Source: a bacterium (GTDB lineage Bacteria; Hinthialibacterota; Hinthialibacteria; Hinthialibacterales; Hinthialibacteraceae). From it: a DNA stretch of 64,000 nucleotides. This document shows, one piece after another, positions 41,198-50,781 of the stretch (positions are counted from its first letter, which is position 1; each line of letters begins with the position of its first letter). Position numbers and translations under genes: made by a program. The notes under the pieces were generated by a model. It did no database searches. It saw only the letters and a list, made by a program, of their open reading frames with translations, and was not told the origin of the DNA. The stretch spans positions 640,001 through 704,000 of the forward strand of contig CAXXMV010000001.1 of NCBI GenBank assembly GCA_963662285.2, written 5' to 3'.

Positions 41198-42094
41198 TCA
41201 CCCATATTGGACGAGCGCTGATAGGGATTTTCTCATCCGACTATACTGCTGAATCGCTTTAGCTATCGATTCTCCCACTTGACGCTGCATTGGAATAAAA
41301 CGGTTACGCCACGCTCCATAACTTAATTCGATTAACAATTCTTTCGGCTTACTTTTATCAGATAAAACGTAAGCATAATGCTCTGCGCCCCGCTTTGCAT
41401 ACAACGCTGCATATTTGGCTTTGCCCGAATAAAAGACTGTTGTTTCAAAGCCATGAGCATTCATCTCTGATGTTTCGTCATCAATGAAATGTTGGAATGT
41501 AGAATGTATATCTTCTGGTATGGCAAATACATTTGATACAGAACAGGGTGTGGATGATTCGATTTTAAGTGATTGCGCAATATCTTTATGGGTGTCTTCG
41601 ACCCAGTGCAATTGCAAAGGATCGAAACCAGTCAGGTCTTTGCGCAATTCATAGGCGCAAATCCGCCATCCCTGTTTCCCCTTTTTATGATTCATTGTTA
41701 CTATGAATGACAAGAGGGGGCCAATTGAAAGATCCCAGCCGTCTTTTTGCACCATACGCACGGCTTGACGTAGATCGCCCTTGCTGGGCGTATGAAAGGA
41801 GCCTGGGTGTTTATGCCAGTATCCCAGTACATGAACCCTGTTCTGATGATGCCATTTGATGATATTGAGCAGCAGTTGATCGAATTCTGCATCGTTTGAA
41901 CAATGGATAATATCAAGATCCGAATTCGGACCAGCAGGAAAGGCATAGAGCAGCGCTGGATCAGAGCAAGTTCCAACCAGCAAACCGACGGTCTCCTGGT
42001 TGAGGTTTTTGTTGCATTCCGATTCGATGACGGCGAGACAAGACCAGGATGCAGGCATCACTTTGGCGAACAAAGGAATCGAGAGAATATTCAA
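41198..42094 (-). CDS. JAB/MPN-domain metallopeptidase with C-terminal extension
   Basis: ETVGLLVG and GYWHKHPGSFHTPSKGD (E...HxH-x7-S-x2-D JAMM motif). Confidence 0.88.
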   Translation of the reverse strand: MNILSIPLFAKVMPASWSCLAVIESECNKNLNQETVGLLVGTCSDPALLYAFPAGPNSDLDIIHCSNDAEFDQLLLNIIKWHHQNRVHVLGYWHKHPGSFHTPSKGDLRQAVRMVQKDGWDLSIGPLLSFIVTMNHKKGKQGWRICAYELRKDLTGFDPLQLHWVEDTHKDIAQSLKIESSTPCSVSNVFAIPEDIHSTFQHFIDDETSEMNAHGFETTVFYSGKAKYAALYAKRGAEHYAYVLSDKSKPKELLIELSYGAWRNRFIPMQRQVGESIAKAIQQYSRMRKSLSALVQYG

Positions 42095-42097
42095 CGA

Positions 42098-42529
42098 TCA
42101 AGCCCTCCTTCGCAGCAGAGGGTTGGATGATTCCCGCTGATTTTCCCATTTGTTGCCATCTGGCCAATGTTTGGTTCGGCGATACTCCTCATACGACCGT
42201 ATCCATCCACAAGCCCAATCGAGAATCACTTTACCGGACGTTTGAGGCCCAACATCATCAACCCCCCACAAACACAAACGACCATCGCCAAACATGTGGG
42301 GAGCAGGATTGATGCGGGGCGATGTAATGACAACTTCGGGGTGATCGTAGGGAAAACGGTCGGGATAATACATCATTATATTGTACAGTTTCCCTTTCCA
42401 GCGGAATTTCAGATAGACCTCTATCCTCCCTTTGCGTTGAGATATGCGGGTATTGGGATAGACCTTGTTGATTAAATTGGTTTCAAGCCGTAAACGTTCA
42501 GGCAGACGTATATACCAAGGTTTCATCAC
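42098..42529 (-). CDS. Ubiquitin-conjugating E2-like protein
   Basis: RLRLE, YPDRFPYDHP, PHMFGDGRLCL (HxxxxGxxC catalytic motif). Confidence 0.85.
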   Translation of the reverse strand: MMKPWYIRLPERLRLETNLINKVYPNTRISQRKGRIEVYLKFRWKGKLYNIMMYYPDRFPYDHPEVVITSPRINPAPHMFGDGRLCLWGVDDVGPQTSGKVILDWACGWIRSYEEYRRTKHWPDGNKWENQRESSNPLLRRRA

Positions 42530-42596
42530 TTCACCTCCTAGTAAGGCGTCAGATCAATTGGAAGACGCAGAATAAAGGAATCGATCAGCACACAAA

Positions 42597-42764
42597 TTAA
42601 TGCCAGGTCGTTTTCTTCACATCATCCCGCTGATCCTGCTTATCCAGGTTAATAGTGACAACCTCTCGATCCTGAGGCGACATGTCCCGTCCCAGTAAAG
42701 GGCGTGGTTCCGGAGCGTCGTGGCTTTCTTCTTCGAAATTGGGGGTATTGGGCTGATCAGGCAT
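42597..42764 (-). CDS. 55-aa acidic peptide, first gene of the E2-JAB-E1 operon (absent from the ORF track)
   Basis: AAGGAGA RBS ~6 nt before ATG; MPDQPNTPNFEEESHDAPEPRPLLGRDMSPQDREVVTINLDKQDQRDDVKKTTWH*. Confidence 0.7.
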   Translation of the reverse strand: MPDQPNTPNFEEESHDAPEPRPLLGRDMSPQDREVVTINLDKQDQRDDVKKTTWH

Positions 42765-42932
42765 AGTATTTCTCCTTCTATTTTTAAAGTATGATTAAAA
42801 AAAGACAAAACTATCCCTCAGAAGTGATTTATATTTACATAAACCACTCAAAACAATATGGTTATAGATAGAAATAAGGATGGGAAACTTAAAGGATGGC
42901 TCCCGAAGGCAAGGGCATAGAAGATCAATCGC

Positions 42933-42981
42933 ATCGCATTACTTACCCAGGTAATGTAATGCGATAATAAAATAAAGTCAA
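42933..42981 (-). promoter_or_regulatory. Sigma70-type promoter overlapped by a 33-bp palindrome
   Basis: Minus strand TTGACT-17bp-TACATT; plus-strand palindrome ATCGCATTAC-TTACC-CA-GGTAA-T-GTAATGCGAT covers the -10 box. Confidence 0.6.
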
Positions 42982-43517
42982 GCGCTTTTTTCATTTTTTT
43001 ACACTAAAAGATTTGGTGGAATTCTAAGAAGCAACCGTAGAGCTAAAGATGCCGCGATTATCTGACTCCTGAGCTGAGCAAGGAGCAACCAGCACCAATG
43101 ACCACGCAAAGATAACGTATAACAGAAGCATTAATTGAATAGAGCCACGCTGAACCATGATTTCACCCGCATTTCGGAATAGCCAAAATAAATCGAATGA
43201 TAGGATTATCTCAAAAAACAGAAGAAGAGTCTACTTGAGAGAGAGATTTCAACATAAACAGCGGATAATATTTGATTTGCAGACTATTATATTTGTTATG
43301 GGCTGTGGAGGGTGCAATGAGTTATAACCTGACTTGATCCATCACTCCAATTACGATGCGAACGGCGCTTCTATTTTGAAATCGTGCAACGACCGTGCAA
43401 TACAGGGGTGGTTTGAGGGGGTCTGAGGGTGGTCTGAGGGTGGTGTCAACGTGAGGGCAAGATGAGTAAGTGTTTCTAAATGCTTGCTTTACTGATATTT
43501 ACGTGAATTGATGAATG

Positions 43518-43564
43518 TGATTTGTAATCAGCCGGTCGGAGGTTCAAGTCCCCTCGCCAGCTTA
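43518..43564 (+). repeat. Right att core (duplicated tRNA-Thr 3' half)
   Basis: Identical to 2325-2371; lacks the tRNA 5' half. Confidence 0.95.
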
Positions 43565-43805
43565 CTTATTTCACTAGACTTATAATGATATCCCCTTAAA
43601 AAATTAAATTTCTCTTACAGCAGTTATGGTAAAAATACTACGATGTTTCTATGTGGGATATCCCATTTAAGAAGCATATATTTTTCTATACGTGAGTTTT
43701 TCGGTTATTTTTTTATTTCTCATAGGTTGTTATTCTTGGACAAATAAGTAATATCATACAAGTATTAGAACAAAAGAGAAATAATACAGTTTTGAGGAAA
43801 TCACA

Positions 43806-44501
43806 ATGCAATTAAATGTCCAAGAGGTTTCACAATTGCTAAACGTATCAGATAAAACGATTTATCGATGGGTTAGCCAGGGTGAAATACCCGCATACAA
43901 ATTCAAGGATCAATATCGTTTCAACGAAGCTGAGATTCTTGAATGGGCGATTATCAGGAAAATCAATATTTCCACCAATTTATTAGACGCATCGGAAACG
44001 AAGAATATCGTAACGCCGAAACTCTCCGAGGTTTTGCAGAATGGCGGTATTTTTTATCGTCTGGAGGGCAATGATTCCAGTGCGGCGATCAGTTCATTGA
44101 TCAAATCTTTACCAATTCTCGATGCACCGGTGCGTCAATTTTTGTTGGAAAGTTACATAGCGCGTGAATCTCTTAATTCGACGGCTGTGGGTGACGGGAT
44201 CGCCATCCCCCATTCGCGGGTTCGCGTGGTGCCTTATATCGTACGCCCGATGGCAGCCTTAGGATTTCTTGAAAACCCGGTTGATTTTAAGGCCCTGGAT
44301 GGTCAGCCTGTCCAGATATTGTTCACTGTCTTAAGTCCCAATTTGCGGGATCATCTGCGCATTCTTTCCCGCTTCATGTTGGCATTAAACGATCCAGAAT
44401 TCCGGGAAGCTCTACGAAAACAGGAATTGCGTGAAACGATTTTGAACCATTGCCGCCGTATTGATGAAAGTTCTACCCCTTCAAAGAATCCTAATCCGTA
44501 A
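43806..44501 (+). CDS. PTS IIA (Ntr/Fru-type) protein with N-terminal excisionase-like HTH
   Basis: VSQLLNVSDKTIYRW..GEIPAYK; RE..STAVGDGIAIPH; DGQPV. Confidence 0.9.
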   Translation: MQLNVQEVSQLLNVSDKTIYRWVSQGEIPAYKFKDQYRFNEAEILEWAIIRKINISTNLLDASETKNIVTPKLSEVLQNGGIFYRLEGNDSSAAISSLIKSLPILDAPVRQFLLESYIARESLNSTAVGDGIAIPHSRVRVVPYIVRPMAALGFLENPVDFKALDGQPVQILFTVLSPNLRDHLRILSRFMLALNDPEFREALRKQELRETILNHCRRIDESSTPSKNPNP

Positions 44502-44510
44502 GTTACCGCA

Positions 44511-44545
44511 TCAAGGGCTGACCGCAATGCGGTCTTGCCCTTGGC
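44511..44545. repeat. REP-like palindrome family A (also 54563-54595, 59348-59380, 63868-63900, variant ~61552-61581)
   Basis: TCAAGGGCTGACCGCAATGCGGTCTTGCCCTTG in intergenic positions. Confidence 0.85.
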
Positions 44546-44630
44546 GCCCGAATTGATGAAAGTCTTATCCCCTCAATGAATCCAAATTGATGAGTTACGA
44601 ATAATAGAACGCTTATCAAAATTCATATCG

Positions 44631-47489
44631 TCAATCGTATAACAACGGCCCTCCGAGCGCCTCGAATGTTCCGGTTATCTCTGAACAGCGCTTTCCATCT
44701 TTGGTTATGATTTCTACGTTTAAGGTATAATGTCCCGGCGTGATTTTTGATGAATCCAGGATGAGCAGGCGGCTGGCTGTTAAATCCTGTTCAGTGCGGG
44801 ATAGAATTTTTCCTTGATCGTTGATAAGGCTTGTTTTAATTTTATGGCCGCCCGGTTTGATGGAAGAGACGCCCAATACCTCAAAAGAGACAGGTAAGTT
44901 TGAATCGGGCAGCATCACGAAACGCGGCGCCTCAAGCCGGGATATCATCGGAGATGTGAAGCGCAACAGTTTCACTGATCCCACGTCAACAGTTAGATCA
45001 GCGCCATGTTTGTAATCTCCCTCTGAAATATTTAATTGGACTTTGGATATGGTTTTCCATGGCGCCGCTCCCATGCCGGTGGATTTGATCATATCCTGCA
45101 CTGAAAATTGGACTGGAATCCATACGCGCTGCCGGTCTCCCAGGTCTCGCATGCTGGAGAAGAACTGGCGTTGTTTTTGGTGCGAGCCGATTAAAAAATT
45201 CAGTGGAGTTGAGTCGTCATCCACTTCGTCGCGGTTGGAATCAACCCGGACTTTGAATTCAAGATAATCATAGGAACTCATATCGAGCGCATTTTCGCTG
45301 AAATCCCGGTGTACGCGGGGCCATCCGACTGGATATTTGCCGCCTTCACCGCCGTCCAAGTTATGATCAACCTTTACCCGCCAACGAAGGCCTTTGGCGC
45401 CGTCCAGTCCGGCGGCGGTTTTAACCTCAGCCATTCCTTCCTTGGTGTCATTACGCCACTTGGTGAAATCGTCGCTGAGGTCTTTGGCTTCCAGTAGGCC
45501 TTGTTGCATGGCCTGATCAAGGATTGATGGCGCGTCCGAAGCATGCGCGGGGGATATTTGAGATATCAGCACGGACGGCGCAACGGCGTCATTGGTTGCT
45601 GGATATTGCAATAGGGATTCAATCATCAGAGCCAAACGCCAGCGCCGGGCATTGAATTCTTCTGAGGGCCACATGCCATCCGCCAGATATTTCTGTTGAA
45701 CTTCAATCGCGTCCCATGTCTCCTGCAACAACGCTTTGCCGGATTCCACCAGACTGCGACATTCTGGATCACGCGAGTCTACACGCTCACACACCGCCTG
45801 CTGAAGAGTGTAGATATAGCGGGCGTCATCGCGTCCTTCGCGGAAGCATTCCCAATAAACTGCGGGAATTACTTCGCCATCATCGCCGATGCGCTGGCCG
45901 CAGCCCGAACGGCTGCCGCGTAAGTAATCAAACTGATCAGGAGAGGGCGTCCAATTCCAGTTCCAGGGAATAAGGGTGGTGTAGCCGCTCCTCCAGAAGC
46001 CAAAGCCGTATGTCATTCGACCGCCTTTGCACATGACGCGGCGGTCTTTGATCTCACCAGCATTGTGATTGGGGTAGCACCAATACTCATAGCGTTTTTG
46101 GGCGATGATCTTTTCATAGGGCATTGAGTATGGTTGGGAACACCAGATATCAATATAGGGCCGGTAAGGTTCAGCATCGGCGGCGATGGGATTTTTGGTG
46201 GCGTAGGTTCGGACGCCAGCGTCATGCACCGCCTGGTACACCCGCCAACCGAACTCCTTATGGGAGGCGGCTACTTCGTCGATGGGGCAACAGATCACTT
46301 CCGGCCAGCCTTTGGCGCTGCATTCCTTCTGGAAGGATTTGAAAAGCGCTGTGACCTTTTCATAGAACTGCGGCGGGGGCATCTTGCTGATTATCCAGTG
46401 GTTTTCCCGTTTTCCGTCAGGAGTAGTTTCTTGATAAATGCGTGACATGACGCCGCCTCCAGTGACCGGAAGAGGCCCCTTCATACCAGCGGCCAGCATG
46501 CGCTCAAGTTCCTCTGCATTGCTGACAATGATCTTCTGGTTTCGTTCATCGGTTCGAAGAGAGAATGTCGGAAGCATGTCAAGACCGTACTCGACCATAG
46601 TACGGTATTCGTTGCCTGTGGCCTTGTTGATAAAATCTTCGTCTTTTCCTTTGTATTGCACGGAGTTTCGCACATAGTAATAAGACGAGTAATGTTTGTT
46701 CGGATCGGATTTCAACTTGAAGCCAAGCACCCGAAGCGCGAGCGGTATCTCAATGGCTTTATCGAAACCATCATCCCACACCGTTACTTTACCCTGGTAA
46801 AGACCGGGTTTCGCATCTTCCGGTATATGTATTCGAATCCACCAGCGCTGACATTCACCAGCTGGCGATGAGTGAACCGTGACGTGTTCCAGCAGTTCCG
46901 GGGTTCGTCGGTATGCGTCCCGCGAAGTGTAGCGCGGATAACCTACGTTCCAGTAAGTCACTAAACGCGCCGTAATCTGAGAAGCATCAATCACGCTGCC
47001 AGGACCATTCAGGGCGGAGACCTGAATCCGGAAATTCTCCAGGTTACGTACCGGATAAATGCTGAAGGTAACCGGCTCAAATTCGCCCGCCGCACTGAAG
47101 GCAGTGAGATATTGAAGCCGTTCGTGATAAAGGGGCTGTGTGTTGGGATGCACCGGCTCGGTGATGGGACGTTGAAAAAGCAGGTAACCGCGCTGTTTTT
47201 CAATTGCGGTCAGTTCCGGTTGGGGCGCGTTCGCAGTAAATGGCAATTCCCGGTAGTTCGCTGGAACGGTTGGCTGCGTCCGCGCCCGCAGGTCAGATTG
47301 GGCGCTGGCGGGTTTGGGAACATGGTGAATCGATGGCGCCGCATCCGGGATTGCTTGCTTTGCGCCCAGACCAAATGATAGGTACAGGCCAATAATTAAC
47401 GGGATTATCACTCTGCATCCGACGCGCACATTAAACATTTTATCCTCCATGCAAAAGTAGTTCGCTGTCAATTGGAACTGATATCTCAT
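44631..47489 (-). CDS. Large secreted hypothetical protein, possibly glycoside-hydrolase-like (DUF4091/GH123-like)
   Basis: Signal-like N-terminus, GEFEPVTF, WECFREGRDDARY motif. Confidence 0.55.
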   Translation of the reverse strand: MRYQFQLTANYFCMEDKMFNVRVGCRVIIPLIIGLYLSFGLGAKQAIPDAAPSIHHVPKPASAQSDLRARTQPTVPANYRELPFTANAPQPELTAIEKQRGYLLFQRPITEPVHPNTQPLYHERLQYLTAFSAAGEFEPVTFSIYPVRNLENFRIQVSALNGPGSVIDASQITARLVTYWNVGYPRYTSRDAYRRTPELLEHVTVHSSPAGECQRWWIRIHIPEDAKPGLYQGKVTVWDDGFDKAIEIPLALRVLGFKLKSDPNKHYSSYYYVRNSVQYKGKDEDFINKATGNEYRTMVEYGLDMLPTFSLRTDERNQKIIVSNAEELERMLAAGMKGPLPVTGGGVMSRIYQETTPDGKRENHWIISKMPPPQFYEKVTALFKSFQKECSAKGWPEVICCPIDEVAASHKEFGWRVYQAVHDAGVRTYATKNPIAADAEPYRPYIDIWCSQPYSMPYEKIIAQKRYEYWCYPNHNAGEIKDRRVMCKGGRMTYGFGFWRSGYTTLIPWNWNWTPSPDQFDYLRGSRSGCGQRIGDDGEVIPAVYWECFREGRDDARYIYTLQQAVCERVDSRDPECRSLVESGKALLQETWDAIEVQQKYLADGMWPSEEFNARRWRLALMIESLLQYPATNDAVAPSVLISQISPAHASDAPSILDQAMQQGLLEAKDLSDDFTKWRNDTKEGMAEVKTAAGLDGAKGLRWRVKVDHNLDGGEGGKYPVGWPRVHRDFSENALDMSSYDYLEFKVRVDSNRDEVDDDSTPLNFLIGSHQKQRQFFSSMRDLGDRQRVWIPVQFSVQDMIKSTGMGAAPWKTISKVQLNISEGDYKHGADLTVDVGSVKLLRFTSPMISRLEAPRFVMLPDSNLPVSFEVLGVSSIKPGGHKIKTSLINDQGKILSRTEQDLTASRLLILDSSKITPGHYTLNVEIITKDGKRCSEITGTFEALGGPLLYD

Positions 47490-47505
47490 TTCTGTTTAAG
47501 ACTGA

Positions 47506-48783
47506 TCAATTAGTTTTCAGCGCCTCTGGTTTGGGGCATTGGTTGATAAACTTTAGAGATTGTTCTATAAAAATCTCTCCAGCCATTTCTCCCAGACTGG
47601 TTTGGGTGATGTATTCGTATTTTTTGAAACTGTCATAATCCACTTTGGTCAACAAATAACCGAAAGCGTCATTGGTCAGCCCCAGCAGGAAATTGTGCTT
47701 CCCATGCATATTGCGCCGTAAGTAATAACCGATATTGGGCAGCGCTTCGCCCGGAATGGTGAGCATCTGCGCGTCGCCCAGATTGACCACGTTTACCTGA
47801 GTGGAAACGCTGCCATCCTGGTTGGTCTGATAATTAAGTGGAGAATTTTTTAAGATAAATTGCATTATGGGCGATTCAATCTGGAAGGTGACCGTTGTCG
47901 CTTTGCATAACAGCGCAGGTGATTTTTGTACGCTGGCGCCAGAGACAATGCGCAATGCTTCATCCGCTAAAAGGTTTCCGATGCGGATGCATTCATCCCA
48001 TGTTTGAATATCCTCTCCATCAGCGCTGCGGCAGTCGGCGGTGACCATGCCGCCTTGGGCGCTATTCATGAAAATGGCCGTTCCGCCGCCTTGGGCTGCA
48101 ATGCGGTCATAAAGCGGCCCGCAGAGATCGGGGCTTAGGATTCCTCTATGAGGTCCGAGAACTTCGGGATGAGTGGCGTAGTTAACCAGCGTGGCGATAG
48201 GATTCCCCTGGCCATCAATGCACTGAAGAACCAGGCACCGGGGATCATAAAGTTCATCGGCGTAATAGTTGTAAGCGATTTTGCCTTGCGCTTTTCCGGT
48301 GGCTGTTTTGATTGACGCCGGTTGAAGATTCTGGATGGCGTCATTAATAGCTAGCGCCATTTTTTGGCAAACCATATTGATGTAATCAAGATCGGCTTCA
48401 ACTTTACCCGTCTCTGAGGGAAAGGCATAACAATCCGGCGCGCTATGAGTATGAGTAACTCCAATCAGGATATTTTCGGGTGGAATGCCTTTTACCAAGT
48501 CCCTGACCTTGTCGCCTAATATGGATGGGAAGCCCAGCAAATCCGCGCTGACAATCGCTACGCGCACATCGCCTTGTTCGATTACCAATGCCCGAACGGT
48601 TAAATCGCCCTTTTGCGTATGGGTTGGAATTGATGCGCCAATGCCTCCAGAAACAGGCAGCAATGGATCAGGAGTAATCATCTGAACCGAAATGGCCGCA
48701 CGAAATTCGGCGAACGGCCCGTTAACAAAAACCAACGAAAACAACATGCATGATATAAGTAGACGGAAAATCATTCTATTCAA
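47506..48783 (-). CDS. Neutral/alkaline ceramidase-like hydrolase
   Basis: THTHSAP, NYATHP, GAQG-like SAQGG, IPGE motifs; signal peptide. Confidence 0.7.
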   Translation of the reverse strand: MNRMIFRLLISCMLFSLVFVNGPFAEFRAAISVQMITPDPLLPVSGGIGASIPTHTQKGDLTVRALVIEQGDVRVAIVSADLLGFPSILGDKVRDLVKGIPPENILIGVTHTHSAPDCYAFPSETGKVEADLDYINMVCQKMALAINDAIQNLQPASIKTATGKAQGKIAYNYYADELYDPRCLVLQCIDGQGNPIATLVNYATHPEVLGPHRGILSPDLCGPLYDRIAAQGGGTAIFMNSAQGGMVTADCRSADGEDIQTWDECIRIGNLLADEALRIVSGASVQKSPALLCKATTVTFQIESPIMQFILKNSPLNYQTNQDGSVSTQVNVVNLGDAQMLTIPGEALPNIGYYLRRNMHGKHNFLLGLTNDAFGYLLTKVDYDSFKKYEYITQTSLGEMAGEIFIEQSLKFINQCPKPEALKTN

Positions 48784-48815
48784 CTCCTTATTGTTTCATG
48801 ATTATATGGAAGCCC

Positions 48816-48990
48816 GATGGGACACGCTGGCGCTTTGTCCCATCATTTGCGCTTAGGTTTACGTCTGTATGTATTTATCTAAAAGCGATGGGACACGCTG
48901 TCGCTTTGTCCCATCCTACCAGATGTTTTTCTATATGATATGGCTTTTGGTTAATTTCCCTCACCCTTTCCCTCTCCCGATGGGAGAGGA
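48816..48990. repeat. REP-like palindrome cluster
   Basis: GATGGGACACGCTG.CGCTTTGTCCCATC at 48816 and 48887; CCCTCACCCTTTCCCTCTCCCGATGGGAGAGGA at 48958, repeated at 50833, variant at ~56716. Confidence 0.8.
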
Positions 48991-49049
48991 GAAGTAAATC
49001 CGTTGGTGATAATATATCAATATCTACTCGTTTATATAGATATTGGCGT

Positions 49050-50747
49050 TTATGGGATTTGCGGCGCTGCTATGGTTGGTCGCCTCATTGGCGCTATGTC
49101 TGAATTATCCAGTAGATATTGAAACATCAGATAGTCTACCAGTTCTTTGTAGGCGTATCCGATTTGATTTAGATTGTTTTGTGCATACCCGGTTACGAAT
49201 TTTCCGGCTTCTGCTACGCCCTTTTTCTTGAAGATAGTTTGCGCTTTTTTTTCAAATTCATTTTGTAGATTGAAATAATTCTCTTCTGCGGGTTCGAATA
49301 CTTGCTGGATATCTTTGATGATGTCCTGATAATTCAGGTTATTAGCGATACTGCTGGTCAGGCGAAAATTCCACTGGGTTTGATCGCGGTTTATTTTGGT
49401 GAAATCTGCGGGTTGATCCCAGGAATCAGGGAGATCGGTTACTCCGGCGTAGATGGGCGTGAAGCAGCTGGTGTGCGCCGGGCCATAGGCGAACCATAGA
49501 CAATTGCCGATAGAATCGGGCAGCCAATCTCTTAACTGCGCGACGAATACATATCCACTGGTGGGAGTGCATATAGACCTTTCAGGTTTGACGCCTAACA
49601 GGTCAAACAGTTCAGGCGGCCCCCAGGGACGGGCGAGGGGACTCTTTTTTCCATCAGGATTGAACGCTGGATTTTCGGTGATATCGAACTCTGTTCCCTG
49701 ATAATCATCTCTCATGATATCCATCAGCGTTTGAACCGATATGGATTTATCCGGTTTGACCGAAAAGGGATAGCGGTCTATCAGAGGGTCGCCAGTTGCA
49801 GGGAGGTCTAATGATGGAGCGGCCAGACTTAAGGCTCTCCATTCGCGCAGGGAATTATAATTACTGCCGGGGTTTCCATAGACTTCATACCAGACGAATG
49901 GTTCTCCCTTTTTCCATAAATCGTATTCTTCGGCTAGAGAGTATAGGTTTGGTGAAGCCATGAAGTGGTCTTTGTCTTTCAAGTTCACTTGACTGATCCG
50001 GCTGCGGTTGGCGCTGCATCCAACTTCTCCATCGGGGATTCTTTGAGCGCACCAGACGCCGCCCGGTTTTCCGCTTGCCGCGTTCCAGTTCTGACCAGGG
50101 CCGAAAATTTCCATAAGCCATGTTTCATTCCCGTCAGAAATAGGCAGCGCGACGCCTGCTTTGGGCGCCCGGTAATAGAGGAAGCCATATTGTTCGACCA
50201 TGGAACCGATGAGTTGAATAGCTTCGCGGGCGGTTTTGGTTCTCATCAAGCCATTGGCGATAAGCGAGGTTGTCCAATGATTGCTATTGGGGCCGACAAC
50301 TCCCTTTGGGCTGGCCAATACTGGTTTCATGGATATAAATTCGATGGCGATGTTCAGACCTAACTCGTTTAATCCACCAGTGGTCATGCTTTCTATATTG
50401 CCGCCCAGGATTATGCTTCGATAAGTCTGCTCGATTGGCAAGTAGCCTACAAAGTCATAGCCTTTTCTGATATTGGCCATATATTCACTGTGATTTGTGG
50501 GACGGGGTACATTCCAATACATAGGCAGTTTATGGCCTGCGGGATACTGCATGGCAGGCATGATGGATATGACGCCCATGACGTCGCCGTCGCACGAACT
50601 GCTCATCAGGACAGAGCCATCAATGGTGGCTTTTTTGCCAACCATGAGCGTTGTACAGGCAACGGCTTGCTGGATAATCCAGAGTGAAATTATTAGAATC
50701 ATAATAAATGTTGGAATTATTTTTATTCGGTAATTATTGATATTCAT
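49050..50747 (-). CDS. C69-family dipeptidase (Ntn hydrolase)
   Basis: Signal peptide then ACTTLMVGKKATIDGS; GLNELG; KTAREAI; YPFSVKPD. Confidence 0.88.
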   Translation of the reverse strand: MNINNYRIKIIPTFIMILIISLWIIQQAVACTTLMVGKKATIDGSVLMSSSCDGDVMGVISIMPAMQYPAGHKLPMYWNVPRPTNHSEYMANIRKGYDFVGYLPIEQTYRSIILGGNIESMTTGGLNELGLNIAIEFISMKPVLASPKGVVGPNSNHWTTSLIANGLMRTKTAREAIQLIGSMVEQYGFLYYRAPKAGVALPISDGNETWLMEIFGPGQNWNAASGKPGGVWCAQRIPDGEVGCSANRSRISQVNLKDKDHFMASPNLYSLAEEYDLWKKGEPFVWYEVYGNPGSNYNSLREWRALSLAAPSLDLPATGDPLIDRYPFSVKPDKSISVQTLMDIMRDDYQGTEFDITENPAFNPDGKKSPLARPWGPPELFDLLGVKPERSICTPTSGYVFVAQLRDWLPDSIGNCLWFAYGPAHTSCFTPIYAGVTDLPDSWDQPADFTKINRDQTQWNFRLTSSIANNLNYQDIIKDIQQVFEPAEENYFNLQNEFEKKAQTIFKKKGVAEAGKFVTGYAQNNLNQIGYAYKELVDYLMFQYLLDNSDIAPMRRPTIAAPQIP

Positions 50748-50781
50748 ATTTATTTTCCTTGGAAGGGAATAAGTGGTTTTT

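Larger units (their letters stand above)
2325..43564. mobile_element. ~41.2-kb integrative element / genomic island inserted at tRNA-Thr
   Basis: Exact 47-bp direct repeat of the tRNA 3' half at both ends; tyrosine integrase next to the tRNA; replication, R-M, recombination and DGR cargo. Confidence 0.93.

Noticed and set aside
39986-42529. CBASS (Cap2/Cap3) or ThiF/MoeB cofactor biosynthesis
   Set aside because: No CD-NTase, ThiS/MoaD or thiamine/Moco genes nearby; E1 and E2 are separate genes
42617-42808. 63-aa ORF from the ORF track
   Set aside because: No clear RBS; the overlapping 55-aa ORF in another frame has a strong RBS and is preferred
43518-43564. Second tRNA-Thr gene
   Set aside because: Only the 3' half is present; it is the att duplication
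43806-44501. Excisionase of the island
   Set aside because: Lies outside the right att site, and the HTH is fused to PTS IIA, a known chromosomal architecture
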